The notes under the pieces were generated by a model. The model did not search any database. It saw only the letters and a program-made list of their open reading frames with translations, and had not been told where the DNA came from. From NCBI GenBank assembly GCA_965213925.1, contig OZ243927.1:2336001-2400000 (forward strand): DNA of 64,000 bases, read 5' to 3'. A program made the position numbers and the translations under genes. Source of the stretch: Trueperaceae bacterium (lineage in GTDB: Bacteria; Deinococcota; Deinococci; Deinococcales; Trueperaceae). This document shows, one piece after another, positions 45,800-55,042 of the stretch (position 1 is the stretch's first letter; each line of letters opens with the position of its first letter).

Positions 45800-45987
45800 C
45801 AGTAGACAGATATCAGCAGTCATACGGAATTGCACAGTTTACTTACTCTAACTGAGGGCGTTAGAGCTTTTCAGCGGAGCGCCGAGTTTACGTCCCATCA
45901 CAGATGGGCACGGCTTAGTTTGCAAAACTAAGCCGTGCAACCTCGTATCAGTAGAACTGTGTTCTGATTACTGATACCTGTCTACTG
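45800..45987. repeat. Heptamer-periodic inverted repeat interrupted by a family B element
   Basis: CAGTAGACAGATATCAGCAGTCA vs TGATTACTGATACCTGTCTACTG (20/23 complementary). Confidence 0.7.
45823..45947 (+). mobile_element. MITE-like family B, copy 1
   Basis: TIRs TACGGAATTGCAC / GTGCAACCTCGTA, TCA on both flanks. Confidence 0.8.
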
Positions 45988-46032
45988 GCTTAGCTTTGAC
46001 CCAGACGCTCGAGCAAAAGGTACGATGTCAGC

Positions 46033-46461
46033 ATGGCACAAGGCTTATTCAACCTCATCAACATCCTCCCGCTCCCCATCTGGCTCGGGATGCTCCTCTT
46101 CCCGCGCGCGCGCTTTACCGAGCGCTTGGTCCTCGCCTATTGGCCCTACATCGTGCTCGGTGGGGTGTACACGCTCCTTTTGCTCGCCGCGCTCGCGACG
46201 GGCTCGGGCAGCTTCGACCTCTCGTTCGACACGTTGCGAGCAAGCTTCTCGCAGGAGTGGACCTTTTTGGCGGGCTGGGCGCACTACATCGCACTCGACC
46301 TCTTTATCGGCGTGTGGATTTTTCGCGACGCGAAGTATTGGGGCATCAACCCACGCTTATTCGTTTTGCTGACGCTCTTTTTCGGACCGCTCGGTTTAGC
46401 GAGCTACTTATTTATGCGCCAGCGCAAGCAGAAGGATGACCCAGTGCGGGTGCTAAATTAG
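46033..46461 (+). CDS. ABA4-like (DUF4281) membrane protein
   Basis: W..ML.FP, GWAHYIALDLFIG.WI, LTLFFGPLG. Confidence 0.85.
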   Translation: MAQGLFNLINILPLPIWLGMLLFPRARFTERLVLAYWPYIVLGGVYTLLLLAALATGSGSFDLSFDTLRASFSQEWTFLAGWAHYIALDLFIGVWIFRDAKYWGINPRLFVLLTLFFGPLGLASYLFMRQRKQKDDPVRVLN

Positions 46462-46467
46462 AGGTTA

Positions 46468-46567
46468 TACGAAATTGCACGGTTTACTTATCTTTACTGA
46501 GGGCGTTAGAACTTACCATCGCAGATGGGCACAACTTTGTTTGCAAACAAAGTTGTGCAACCTCGTA
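46468..46567 (+). mobile_element. MITE-like family B, copy 2
   Basis: TIRs TACGAAATTGCAC / GTGCAACCTCGTA, TTA on both flanks; the right TTA is the stop codon of the minus-strand gene. Confidence 0.8.
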
Positions 46568-47566
46568 TTAGTCTCGCGTCACTCGGTAGATTGTGCCACG
46601 GCTGAAGTCGCTGACTAAGAGGCTGCCGTCAAGCTCCAAAAGATGCTGCGGCGTCTGTAACCCTGTAATGAACGGCTCGACGTCGCCGCTCTCAGACGAA
46701 ACGCGAACGACGCCCGCCTCCACAGGTCCCCATAACGCGACTAAAAGCGCATCATTCTCGAAAGGCGACATGACAACGCTCGTCGGCGTCGAGTTGGGTG
46801 CGAAAAGTGCTAGGGGAGCCTGTGTCTCCTCACACTGCTCGGCCGTGCCGCCGTAGTTCCGCGCGGCTTCTTGGTTGCCGTAGCACCTCGGCCAACCATA
46901 GTCGCCGCCCTCAGTAATGAGGTTGAGTTCGTCCGGTGGCGCTTGACCGTTCACAGGATCATCGCCAATTTCGGTAGAGAAGAGTTCACCATTCTCGCTC
47001 AAAGCGTGCGCGTAGGCTCCTTTAAGTCCCGTCGCGACGGGTACGGGATTGGTCGGGTCGTCGGGGTTTAGGCGCTGGAGCGTTCCCGAGCCCTCCTGTG
47101 CGCGGTTTCCTGCGCGGCGTCCGCTCGTCTCGAAGAGAAGTTGACCGTCCGGGGTCACGGTGAGGGTGCCGTTCGAGCGACCGTTGAAGGGTAAGTTGCG
47201 TAGCACGGTTTCTGGTTCACCCACACCCGCTTCCGTGAGCGGCGCACGAAGCAGGTCGCGTCCTGCCGCAATCCACAGATGATCGTCTAAAATGGCGATG
47301 CCAGTCGGTTTAGTGAGGTTGTCCAAGAGGACCTCGAGTTCACCCGTGTTCATTGACAGCGCTACAACTTGCCCCGTCCCCGCGTTTTCGCTCCCGGCGA
47401 GTTGCGCCAGCCAGAGCCGTTCGTCCGGTCCCACAATCATCTGCGTCGGACCACGTAAGTTTTCGGCGATAACTGAAGCGCTGTAGCCGTCCGGTAAAGT
47501 GAGTTGGGCTAGAGCAAAACTGAGGACGAGCGTGCTGAATAGAGACAGAAGGGTTTTAGACATCAT
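46568..47566 (-). CDS. Secreted PQQ-dependent sugar/sorbosone dehydrogenase-like beta-propeller
   Basis: Signal peptide, LPDGY, ATGL, PPDELN.I..GGDYGWP.CYG. Confidence 0.8.
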   Translation of the reverse strand: MMSKTLLSLFSTLVLSFALAQLTLPDGYSASVIAENLRGPTQMIVGPDERLWLAQLAGSENAGTGQVVALSMNTGELEVLLDNLTKPTGIAILDDHLWIAAGRDLLRAPLTEAGVGEPETVLRNLPFNGRSNGTLTVTPDGQLLFETSGRRAGNRAQEGSGTLQRLNPDDPTNPVPVATGLKGAYAHALSENGELFSTEIGDDPVNGQAPPDELNLITEGGDYGWPRCYGNQEAARNYGGTAEQCEETQAPLALFAPNSTPTSVVMSPFENDALLVALWGPVEAGVVRVSSESGDVEPFITGLQTPQHLLELDGSLLVSDFSRGTIYRVTRD

Positions 47567-47626
47567 TCAATGTAACAGCCGCGCCGCATCCGCGCCGTGA
47601 GCTGCGTTCACGCTTTCGGATTACCC

Positions 47627-48631
47627 CTACGGCTGAAGCCAGACGTTGCGGTAACGCACCCTGTAGCGGTGCGCCTGCAAAACGATGGGTCCAAACTCTG
47701 AACCTTCATCGTTACCAAGGCGCGTGGGACCCGGAATCTGTACGTCGTCTTGAATGAGCGTCCCGTTGAGGCGCACGCTGACCCGCGCGTCCTCCACTTT
47801 GGTGTCGCCTTCATAGCGCGGCGCGGTGAAGAGAATGTCGTAGCGTTGCCACTCACCTGCGGGCAAGCTCGCGTTCGTGCTCGCGTCTGAGACGCCGTAA
47901 ACTGCGCCCACGTCGTTCTCACCCTCTAACGTTCGTCCGTACGAATCGAGCACTTGAATCTCATAGCGCCCTTGCAAGTAGACGCCGCTGTTGCCCCGTT
48001 CTTGCTCGCTAGCATCTTCAGGGCTTTCTGGCACGTTGAATTCGATGTGGAGCCAAAAGTCTTTATAGACCTCTTTCGTGCGGAGGTCGTTGTCGCCTAC
48101 GCTGTCGCCGGGAAGGACCTCGAGCGCCCCCTCCTCAACCGTCCACAGCTCGCCGCCCGCTTCTTCCGGCTCCCACGCGGATAAGTCTGAGCCATCGAAG
48201 AGCGCGGTTGCATCCGGTGGGAGAGGGGTGACGTCGAGGCTCGAGTAAGCCGACGCCCCCGCTTCGTTTACTGCGCGGACGCGGTACGTATAAGGTCGCC
48301 CTAAGATGACCTCTTCGTCGCGGTACCCAGTTGTGTCAGCCTCGAGCGTGGCGATAGGTGTGAATGTGTCATCGGATAAGAGGTCTTGGCGCTCGAGTTC
48401 GAACGACGTTTCGTTCTCAGTGTCTTGCCAAGAGAGGACGGCGGCAGATGTGCCCTCCCCGAAATTCGCCGTAACCGTCGACAAGCTGAGACCGCTGGGA
48501 ACAGAAGGAACTTCTGAACTATCTGGCTGGGACGGCTGAGTCGGCTCGGCTTCCCCATTGCAAGAGATCAGCAGAACCAAAAAGCAAAGGAGCACCACTA
48601 GGGCGCTCCTCTTCATGACGATCAAGCTCAT
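47627..48631 (-). CDS. Lipoprotein with FN3 and DUF1080 (3-keto-disaccharide hydrolase-like) domains
   Basis: Lipobox ISC, FN3 (LSWQD..YRVRAVN.AG.S.YS), LFDG.DLS.W, GNSGVYLQGRYEIQVLD, YRNVW. Confidence 0.85.
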   Translation of the reverse strand: MSLIVMKRSALVVLLCFLVLLISCNGEAEPTQPSQPDSSEVPSVPSGLSLSTVTANFGEGTSAAVLSWQDTENETSFELERQDLLSDDTFTPIATLEADTTGYRDEEVILGRPYTYRVRAVNEAGASAYSSLDVTPLPPDATALFDGSDLSAWEPEEAGGELWTVEEGALEVLPGDSVGDNDLRTKEVYKDFWLHIEFNVPESPEDASEQERGNSGVYLQGRYEIQVLDSYGRTLEGENDVGAVYGVSDASTNASLPAGEWQRYDILFTAPRYEGDTKVEDARVSVRLNGTLIQDDVQIPGPTRLGNDEGSEFGPIVLQAHRYRVRYRNVWLQP

Positions 48632-48639
48632 GACGTCTT

Positions 48640-49893
48640 CTAATTAACCATCTTCGTACGCCGCGACTGAAAGTCCATCAAGACGTACTGCCCGATGGTG
48701 TGCGGCGTGGTGAAGTACGCCTTGCCGTTCGTCATCGCCGAGACGCGCTGCACGAACGCCATCAACTCGGGGTCACGCGCCAGCATAAATGTGTTCACCT
48801 GAATCCCTTGACGGCGGCAACTACCGACCTCTCGGAGCGTTTCTCCTAAGACCATCGGGTCTAAGCCGTAGGCGTTTTTGTAGACGCGCCCGTTAGGGAG
48901 CGTAATCGCGGAGGGCTTCCCGTCCGTAATCATCACGATCTGCTTCATGTCCTTATTCTGCCGCTTCAAAATCTTTTGGGCGAGCCGCAAGCCTTCAGCA
49001 GTGTTCGTGTGATACGGTCCAACTTGCGACTGGGCGAGCTTGGCTAGGGGAATCTCCTCGGCGGAGTTGTGGAACAAGACGAACTTGATCACGTCGCCGG
49101 GGTACTGCGTCTGAATGAGGTGCGAGAGCGCCAGCGCGACCTGTTTGGCGGGCGTGAAACGGTCTTCACCATATAAAATCATCGAGTGCGAGCAGTCGAG
49201 CATGACGACCGTCGCAGCCGACGAGTTGTACTCGGCTTGCATGACCTCTAAGTCGCCGTAATCGAGGTCGAACTTGCCGTCCTCGAAGCCGCGCTGCGCC
49301 GCGTTCTTAAAGGTCTCGGAGAGGTTCAAATTCATCGTGTCGCCGAACTCGTAGGGCTTGGACTCGGCGGTGGCTTCGACGCCCGTCGTTTGAAACTGCG
49401 TTTCGTGTGCGCCAATGGACGACTTGCCTGCGCCGCCTAAGACGTCTTTGAGCGTGCGGTAGCCCAAGAAGTCGATGGCTTTGTTCGTCAGCTCGAACTT
49501 GACCTGTCCGGGGTCGCGGTCGGGTCCTTGTCCGCCCTGTCCGCCAGGTTGGTTGGGGTCGCCCGGCTCTTGCCCCTCTTGCGGCTTGAGGTAGCCCTCG
49601 CGCTCTAAACGCTGCGCCAACTCCTTGACGACTTCGCCGAGCTGCGAGTCCATCCAGTCCTCGTTTTCCATCGCCTGCTCGATCATCTCGTCCGAGACGA
49701 GTTCGTTGTTGATTAAAGCCTCGGCAATAGCGTCGTAGAGGTCTTGCATGGTCTGCTGATAGTTCGGGTCGGGGTCCCAGGGGTTGCGCTGAAAGCCCGA
49801 CTCTAAGAGCCGGTCCTGAATCATCTTCATCAGGTCGGCCATGTCCAAATCGTCGAGGGTGGCTTCGTATTTGGAGTAACGGGTAGCGGACAT
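48640..49893 (-). CDS. VWA domain protein
   Basis: MIDAS DCSHSM, TN, ITDGKP. Confidence 0.9.
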   Translation of the reverse strand: MSATRYSKYEATLDDLDMADLMKMIQDRLLESGFQRNPWDPDPNYQQTMQDLYDAIAEALINNELVSDEMIEQAMENEDWMDSQLGEVVKELAQRLEREGYLKPQEGQEPGDPNQPGGQGGQGPDRDPGQVKFELTNKAIDFLGYRTLKDVLGGAGKSSIGAHETQFQTTGVEATAESKPYEFGDTMNLNLSETFKNAAQRGFEDGKFDLDYGDLEVMQAEYNSSAATVVMLDCSHSMILYGEDRFTPAKQVALALSHLIQTQYPGDVIKFVLFHNSAEEIPLAKLAQSQVGPYHTNTAEGLRLAQKILKRQNKDMKQIVMITDGKPSAITLPNGRVYKNAYGLDPMVLGETLREVGSCRRQGIQVNTFMLARDPELMAFVQRVSAMTNGKAYFTTPHTIGQYVLMDFQSRRTKMVN

Positions 49894-49920
49894 AGGTTCT
49901 CCTTCGGAGAAGAAAAGAAA

Positions 49921-49980
49921 GTAGTCAGTAGTCAGAATTCAGCAGTGCTCTCATGCTGTCTACTGAATTCTGACTACTGA
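49921..49980. repeat. Heptamer-periodic inverted repeat inside the AAA-VWA operon
   Basis: TCAGTAGTCAGAATTCAGCAG..CTACTGAATTCTGACTACTGA. Confidence 0.7.
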
Positions 49981-49990
49981 TCACCGACAT

Positions 49991-51436
49991 TTAATTCCAG
50001 CGTCTCCTGGCAGCTTGCCCCATATCGGGCTCCGCCGCGCTGTAGCCTCTCTCTTCGCTCCTGGCGACTTGCTTGCGAGCGTAGAGCCCTTCTAAGACGA
50101 ATTCGGCGGCGGCGGCTAGGTCGTCGCTCTCCTTGCCTTCGGCGAGTTGCCCGGCGGCGCTCATAAGTCCGGGCACGCTGCCCAAGACTTCGGGGAGCTG
50201 TTCGGTGCGGAGCGTGTCGGGAACCTTGAGGGTGTTGTCCGTATCGAAGTATTCGGTGATGGTGCTCGTCTCGAGATTCACACCTCTACGGCTAAAGACC
50301 TGCCCGATGGCGCGGCGCACGATGTCCTTGGCGACGACTTCGCCCCCTTTGAGTTCGCCTTCGTATTCAAGCTCTAACTTCCCCGTCACCGCCGAAAGCC
50401 CCGCATAGAGGTCGATCACGCGGGCGATAGGTGTACGCTCGCCCAACACATAGGCGCGGCGCTCGGCGTTACTCGCGACGTTTTCTAAAAGGCTGATCGG
50501 TAGACGCTGTGACACACCGGAGTGCTTATCTACGCGCGAGTCGTCCCGCGCTTGGAAGGCGACCTCTTCGATGATTTCCGCGACATACGAGGGAATCTTG
50601 ACCTTGTTGCCCTCACCTGCGCTCCGCCCGAGCCACGCCTCTTGCGAGGTGATCGCCATGCTCTCCTCGACGGTGGCGGGGTAGTGCGTACGAATCTCTG
50701 AGCCGATGCGGTCTTTTAAGGGTGTGACGATTTTACCGCGCGCCGTGTAGTCTTCGGGGTTGGCGCTAAAGACCATCATCACGTCTAAGGGCAGGCGAAT
50801 CGGATAGCCCTTAATCTGCACGTCGCCCTCTTGCATGATGTTGAATAGAGCGACTTGCACCTTACCGGAGAGGTCCGGGAGTTCGTTCATGGCGAAGACG
50901 CCGCGATTAGCGCGGGGCAAAAGCCCGTAGTGGACGCTCCTCTCGTCGCCCATCTTGGTGCCGAGCCTGGCGGCTTTGATGGGGTCGATGTCGCCGATGA
51001 TGTCGGCGACGGTGGCGTCCGGCGTGGCGAGCTTCTCGACGTACCGGGCGTCCTTCGGGAGCCAGGTGATGGGCGTCGCGTCGCCCTCCTCTTTGACGAC
51101 CTCTTTGCCTACGGCGCTCACGGGGTTGAAGGGGTCGTCGTTGAGTTCGCTATCCGCAATCACCGGAATTTCGTCGTCTAAGAGGTCCACGAGCTGGCGC
51201 AAGATGCGCGTTTTCGCCTGACCGCGCAACCCTAACAAGATAAAGTTGTGGCGGCTCAAGAGGGCGTTGACGATCTGCGGTGTGACCGAGTTCTCGTAGC
51301 CGACGATGCCGGGGAAGATGGCTTTATTCTCTTTCAAGCGGCAGATTAAATTGTCGCGCAGTTCTTGCTTGACGCTGCGCCCGGACTTGGTGCTCCAGGG
51401 CGTGGCGCGTAAGTCTCCTAATGTGGTCGCTTTCAT
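49991..51436 (-). CDS. AAA+ ATPase, Mg-chelatase ChlI/MoxR-like
   Basis: GLRGQAKT, RANRG.FAMNELPDL, SANPEDYT.RG. Confidence 0.88.
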   Translation of the reverse strand: MKATTLGDLRATPWSTKSGRSVKQELRDNLICRLKENKAIFPGIVGYENSVTPQIVNALLSRHNFILLGLRGQAKTRILRQLVDLLDDEIPVIADSELNDDPFNPVSAVGKEVVKEEGDATPITWLPKDARYVEKLATPDATVADIIGDIDPIKAARLGTKMGDERSVHYGLLPRANRGVFAMNELPDLSGKVQVALFNIMQEGDVQIKGYPIRLPLDVMMVFSANPEDYTARGKIVTPLKDRIGSEIRTHYPATVEESMAITSQEAWLGRSAGEGNKVKIPSYVAEIIEEVAFQARDDSRVDKHSGVSQRLPISLLENVASNAERRAYVLGERTPIARVIDLYAGLSAVTGKLELEYEGELKGGEVVAKDIVRRAIGQVFSRRGVNLETSTITEYFDTDNTLKVPDTLRTEQLPEVLGSVPGLMSAAGQLAEGKESDDLAAAAEFVLEGLYARKQVARSEERGYSAAEPDMGQAARRRWN

Positions 51437-51661
51437 ACCTTACTCCTCACCCGTATCGCTCACGGCGTGTGCGTTTTTATATATGACCATGTTCTATGTT
51501 AGCATCCCTAAAGCTGTGAGCTATGTGTAGGAGGGACGCATTCGTCTTCATCGTTTGCGCTGGTGACAGCGTGGACGGGGGATAAAAGTGAGACTATACA
51601 CCAAGGCATTCACGCAACTTCACGTTGATAAGCTAAAAGCGCTCTAAATTGGTCCGTATTC

Positions 51662-51765
51662 AAAAAAATTTGCCCCGCACGGGGGAGGCGCGGGGCACTT
51701 AGAGAGGAGATGGTGGAGACCCGGCTCGAAGTCCTAGCCTCCGTCGTTTAGCGCTTGGCTAAACT
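51662..51765 (-). ncRNA. Candidate ~104-nt small RNA
   Basis: TATACT -10, 5' hairpin GTTTAGC/GCTAAAC, second stem, single-stranded ATCTCCTCTCT, terminator GCCCCGCGC-CTCCCCCC-GTGCGGGGC then AAA and T7; no ORF. Confidence 0.65.
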
Positions 51766-51771
51766 GAGGGT

Positions 51772-51804
51772 AGTATAGTCGAAGAACTCTTACAAGATTC
51801 TTAC
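51772..51804 (-). promoter_or_regulatory. Promoter with GTAAGA-N5-GTAAGA direct repeat 10 bp upstream of TATACT
   Basis: Minus strand GTAAGA atctt GTAAGA gttcttcgac TATACT. Confidence 0.65.
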
Positions 51805-51870
51805 ATGAGTCCTCAACTCCGAATACTCGAGAATGAGCCGGGTTGTAGAGACTGAGGTCTAAATTCAAGC

Positions 51871-52854
51871 TCAAGGCGTCCAGCTCAGTGGGCCATTGGG
51901 CACGTTTGTACTGCTGTCGGCCGGGAAGTTGAGCGCGTAGCCCTCGCCCGTCTGTAGGTCAGTGAAATAGACAGCCGGATCGTACTGGTCTTGATACGGC
52001 GTCCCGAGATAGGCGAGCGCCGCGCCGTCGGGCGAGAAGGTCGGGTAGCGCAGGCGTTTAGGTCCCGTTATAAGCTCGCGCACCCCTCCGGTAGAGAGGT
52101 CTAAAAGCCAAATCTGCTGGTTGTACTCGAAAGCGACGAATGTTCCCGAGGGGTCAACATCCATGTTACTTACTGGTCCGTTGAGCTGATTGCCGTCTAT
52201 CCGGACGGGGTTTTGTAGCTGTGCGTCGGTCATATATATACCCCTGTCACGTGTGGCAAAGAGTAGGCGTCCGTCGGGCGTCCAGGTAGGCGCATAGCTC
52301 CCTTCGAAGGTCGCCAGGAGCGTGCCGGAGAGGTCGTAAACGTAGGTATCGTAGACGTTGCCTTCACTAATACTGACGTAGTGACCTATTTCGGCAGCAA
52401 CTTTCTGCTGGTCAGGTGATAGGCGAGAGAACTCAAACTCGTTACTCGAAGCTTCAGGATACTCGATCTCGCTGCTACAAGGCGTGACGGGCCTGATAAG
52501 GCCGCCCTCGGCCAGCACGATGCGGTTCGCGAGCTGGCCGCACCCTTGCGCGAATACAATCTTGCCGCTCGGGTGCCGCCACGGATAAATGCCATCGAGA
52601 ACGCGCGTCTTCTGCCCCGAAGCGAGGTCTACATCGATAATCCCCAGTCGCGGAGTATAAGTAGAAAGCCAGTCGTACTCATCCATCGTCAACGTACCCG
52701 TAAAAGGTACGCCCGGTGCACCTTCATCTGACGGTGGGGTGGGCGTCGGGTTCGGTGTCGGGCCGACAGGCGTCGTGGTGGACGAGCAGGCGACAAAGGT
52801 GATAGCGAGGAATAGGGCAACGACAAGCTTCACGATCACACGCTTTAATCTCAT
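51871..52854 (-). CDS. TolB-like/PD40 beta-propeller lipoprotein
   Basis: Lipobox VAC, Pro/Thr linker, SPD, PTWTPDG and PTFSPDG repeats. Confidence 0.8.
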   Translation of the reverse strand: MRLKRVIVKLVVALFLAITFVACSSTTTPVGPTPNPTPTPPSDEGAPGVPFTGTLTMDEYDWLSTYTPRLGIIDVDLASGQKTRVLDGIYPWRHPSGKIVFAQGCGQLANRIVLAEGGLIRPVTPCSSEIEYPEASSNEFEFSRLSPDQQKVAAEIGHYVSISEGNVYDTYVYDLSGTLLATFEGSYAPTWTPDGRLLFATRDRGIYMTDAQLQNPVRIDGNQLNGPVSNMDVDPSGTFVAFEYNQQIWLLDLSTGGVRELITGPKRLRYPTFSPDGAALAYLGTPYQDQYDPAVYFTDLQTGEGYALNFPADSSTNVPNGPLSWTP

Positions 52855-52931
52855 GGTGTAAAGAATATCATAATAGCGTCAGCGGAGGGTAGAGGGGTTG
52901 GGTCAGGATGTTTGCAAGATTGCTCGAGCCG

Positions 52932-53693
52932 TCACCCTAAAAACTGCGCCCCTAGCTTCCTCAAAGTTTGAGCAAAGAGGTTGACTGCTCCTAACTTTTT
53001 CACCTCAATGTCCTCTAAAGAGGTGACGCGGTAGAGGTCTTCTAAAGTTTTGACCATGTCGTCGGGTAAGTCGTGAGCAATATCTTTCAAATGATAGTCA
53101 CCTTTGCTCGGTACATAACGAAGTCGCAAAAGCTCGATAAGAGGTTCCAGAACGTAGACGTGATACCTGTGCAGCGCCTCTAAAAAGTGACCTCTCGCAA
53201 CCGCTTTCTCCACCCAAACCTGCCGCAACTCAAATTCACGCTGTAACTGTTCAGCTCTAAGTTCAACCTCTTGCTTAAATTTCACCTCATCAAAAGGTTG
53301 CGTGAGGAGTACATCAACTTTATCAAATAAGACCTCAAAAGGTTCATCTTTTGCAAACGGCTCATTGCGGCTGTGGCTCTGAATGCACAGATCGAGAATG
53401 AGGTACTTCGAGGCCTCCTCGAGCCTGAAAAACACCTGCTTGATCTTTGGGTGAGGATGGTCGTTGTGATGCTCGAGCGCAATTTCCCCCAAAGACCCTA
53501 AAGCTGCTCTCACAACTGAAACAACCTCTTCTTCGTGACCATCTTCTACGTCTAACCACAGGTCAATATCTGAATAAGCATCTACCCGGTCTAAGGCGTC
53601 GGCACCCTCGAGCCAAGCGGCATAAACCTTTGGATGTTCAAAACAGACCTCTTGAAGCCTTTGAATGATCGTGCTTCTTTCGGTTGATCCCAT
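52932..53693 (-). CDS. Pol-beta superfamily nucleotidyltransferase with C-terminal helical domain
   Basis: AWLEGADA..RVDAYSDIDL. Confidence 0.75.
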   Translation of the reverse strand: MGSTERSTIIQRLQEVCFEHPKVYAAWLEGADALDRVDAYSDIDLWLDVEDGHEEEVVSVVRAALGSLGEIALEHHNDHPHPKIKQVFFRLEEASKYLILDLCIQSHSRNEPFAKDEPFEVLFDKVDVLLTQPFDEVKFKQEVELRAEQLQREFELRQVWVEKAVARGHFLEALHRYHVYVLEPLIELLRLRYVPSKGDYHLKDIAHDLPDDMVKTLEDLYRVTSLEDIEVKKLGAVNLFAQTLRKLGAQFLG

Positions 53694-53746
53694 AAATCAA
53701 GCTTAGCGCGTGAATCACCCCACCTATTCCGCGCTATGCTCCTTTA

Positions 53747-54985
53747 ATGATCAGACGAGCGGAATTTTTGAGCGTCGGTACGGAGCTTTTACTGGGCGAA
53801 ATTGTCGATACGAACAGCGCGTGGCTCGCCCAAGAGGTGGCGCGGCGCGGTGTGGACGTGCTCTGGTCGCAGCGCGTCGGGGATAACTTAGGGCGCATCG
53901 TGGAGGGGCTCAATCAGGCTTTATGGCGCAGCGACCTAGTCGTGATGTGCGGCGGCTTGGGTCCGACGGACGATGACATGAGCCGCGAGGCGATCTCGGA
54001 AACGGTAGGGGAGACGCCCGAGGTTGACGAGGCTTTAGAGCGCACCTTGCGCGAGTGGTTCCAGACATTCAGCCGCACGATGCCTGAACGTAATCTCAAG
54101 CAGGCGTGGCTCATTCCTTCGGCGGAAGCGCTACCTAATCCGTTAGGGACTGCGCCGGGGTGGTTCGTTCGCACAGGTGGAAAGGTGATCGTGGCGCTGC
54201 CGGGTCCACCCAGGGAGCTGCAGAGGATGTGGCGCGAAGAGGTGGTGGGGCGGCTCGAGCTGCCCCAAGCCGCCCTCTACAGCAAAACGTTCAAAACACA
54301 AGGCTTAGGTGAGTCAGCGGCGGCGGAGAAGTTGGGTGAGTTGACCCTACGGGCAAACCCGAGCGTCGCGACCTACGCCAAGCGCGACGGCGTTCACGTG
54401 CGCGTGGCGGCGAAAGCCGAGACGGACGAAGAAGCCGAGAGGCTCGCCGCGCCCGTTGTCCGTCAGGTGCGTGACGCCTTGGGCTCGCGCATCTGGGGTG
54501 AGGATAGCGACGAACTCGCGGCGCTTATCGTTGCGCATTTAGAGGAGAAGGGTCAAACGCTCGCGCTCCTAGAAGGTGTGACGAGCGGTCTTCTCAGTGA
54601 CTTCATCACCTCGGTTGCGGGCGCGTCCGCGGTCTACCCCGGCGGCGTGGTAGCCTACAGTGCGCAGACGAAGGCAGCGTTTGGCGTGCCCAAAGAGGTT
54701 TTGGACGCGCATGGGCACATCTCAGAAGAGACCGCTAAGGCGATGGCGAAGGCTGCCGCGGAGTGCTTTTCGGCAGATTACGGGCTCGCCACAACGGGTG
54801 TCCCCGGACCCTCCAAAGAGGATGGCAAGAGCGTCGGCGAAATGCACTTAGCGCTGCACGTCGCAGCGCAGGAAAAGAGCGAAGCGCGCAGCTTCAAACT
54901 TCCCGAGTTGGAGCGCAACTGGCTCCGCGAACGCACCGCCTACGCCGCACTCGCTTTTTTGTGGGTGCATCTGCGAGGCGAATAA
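53747..54985 (+). CDS. cinA: CinA competence/damage-inducible protein
   Basis: VGTELLLGEIVDTNS, VGDN, GGLGPTDDD, LPGPP.E, C-terminal PncC-like domain. Confidence 0.93.
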   Translation: MIRRAEFLSVGTELLLGEIVDTNSAWLAQEVARRGVDVLWSQRVGDNLGRIVEGLNQALWRSDLVVMCGGLGPTDDDMSREAISETVGETPEVDEALERTLREWFQTFSRTMPERNLKQAWLIPSAEALPNPLGTAPGWFVRTGGKVIVALPGPPRELQRMWREEVVGRLELPQAALYSKTFKTQGLGESAAAEKLGELTLRANPSVATYAKRDGVHVRVAAKAETDEEAERLAAPVVRQVRDALGSRIWGEDSDELAALIVAHLEEKGQTLALLEGVTSGLLSDFITSVAGASAVYPGGVVAYSAQTKAAFGVPKEVLDAHGHISEETAKAMAKAAAECFSADYGLATTGVPGPSKEDGKSVGEMHLALHVAAQEKSEARSFKLPELERNWLRERTAYAALAFLWVHLRGE

Positions 54986-55042
54986 CTCGATTTTAGCTCA
55001 GCAGCTTTACGCTGCTTAATGACTTACGACCTGGAGGAGTTT

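Noticed and set aside
43960..46567. Composite transposons carrying the reductase or ABA4-like gene
   Set aside because: The intact elements each have their own flanking triplet duplication, which favours independent insertions
53694..55042. RDRM (DdrO) radiation-response palindrome upstream of cinA or recA
   Set aside because: No convincing 17-bp TTAYG-N7-CRTAA-like site seen
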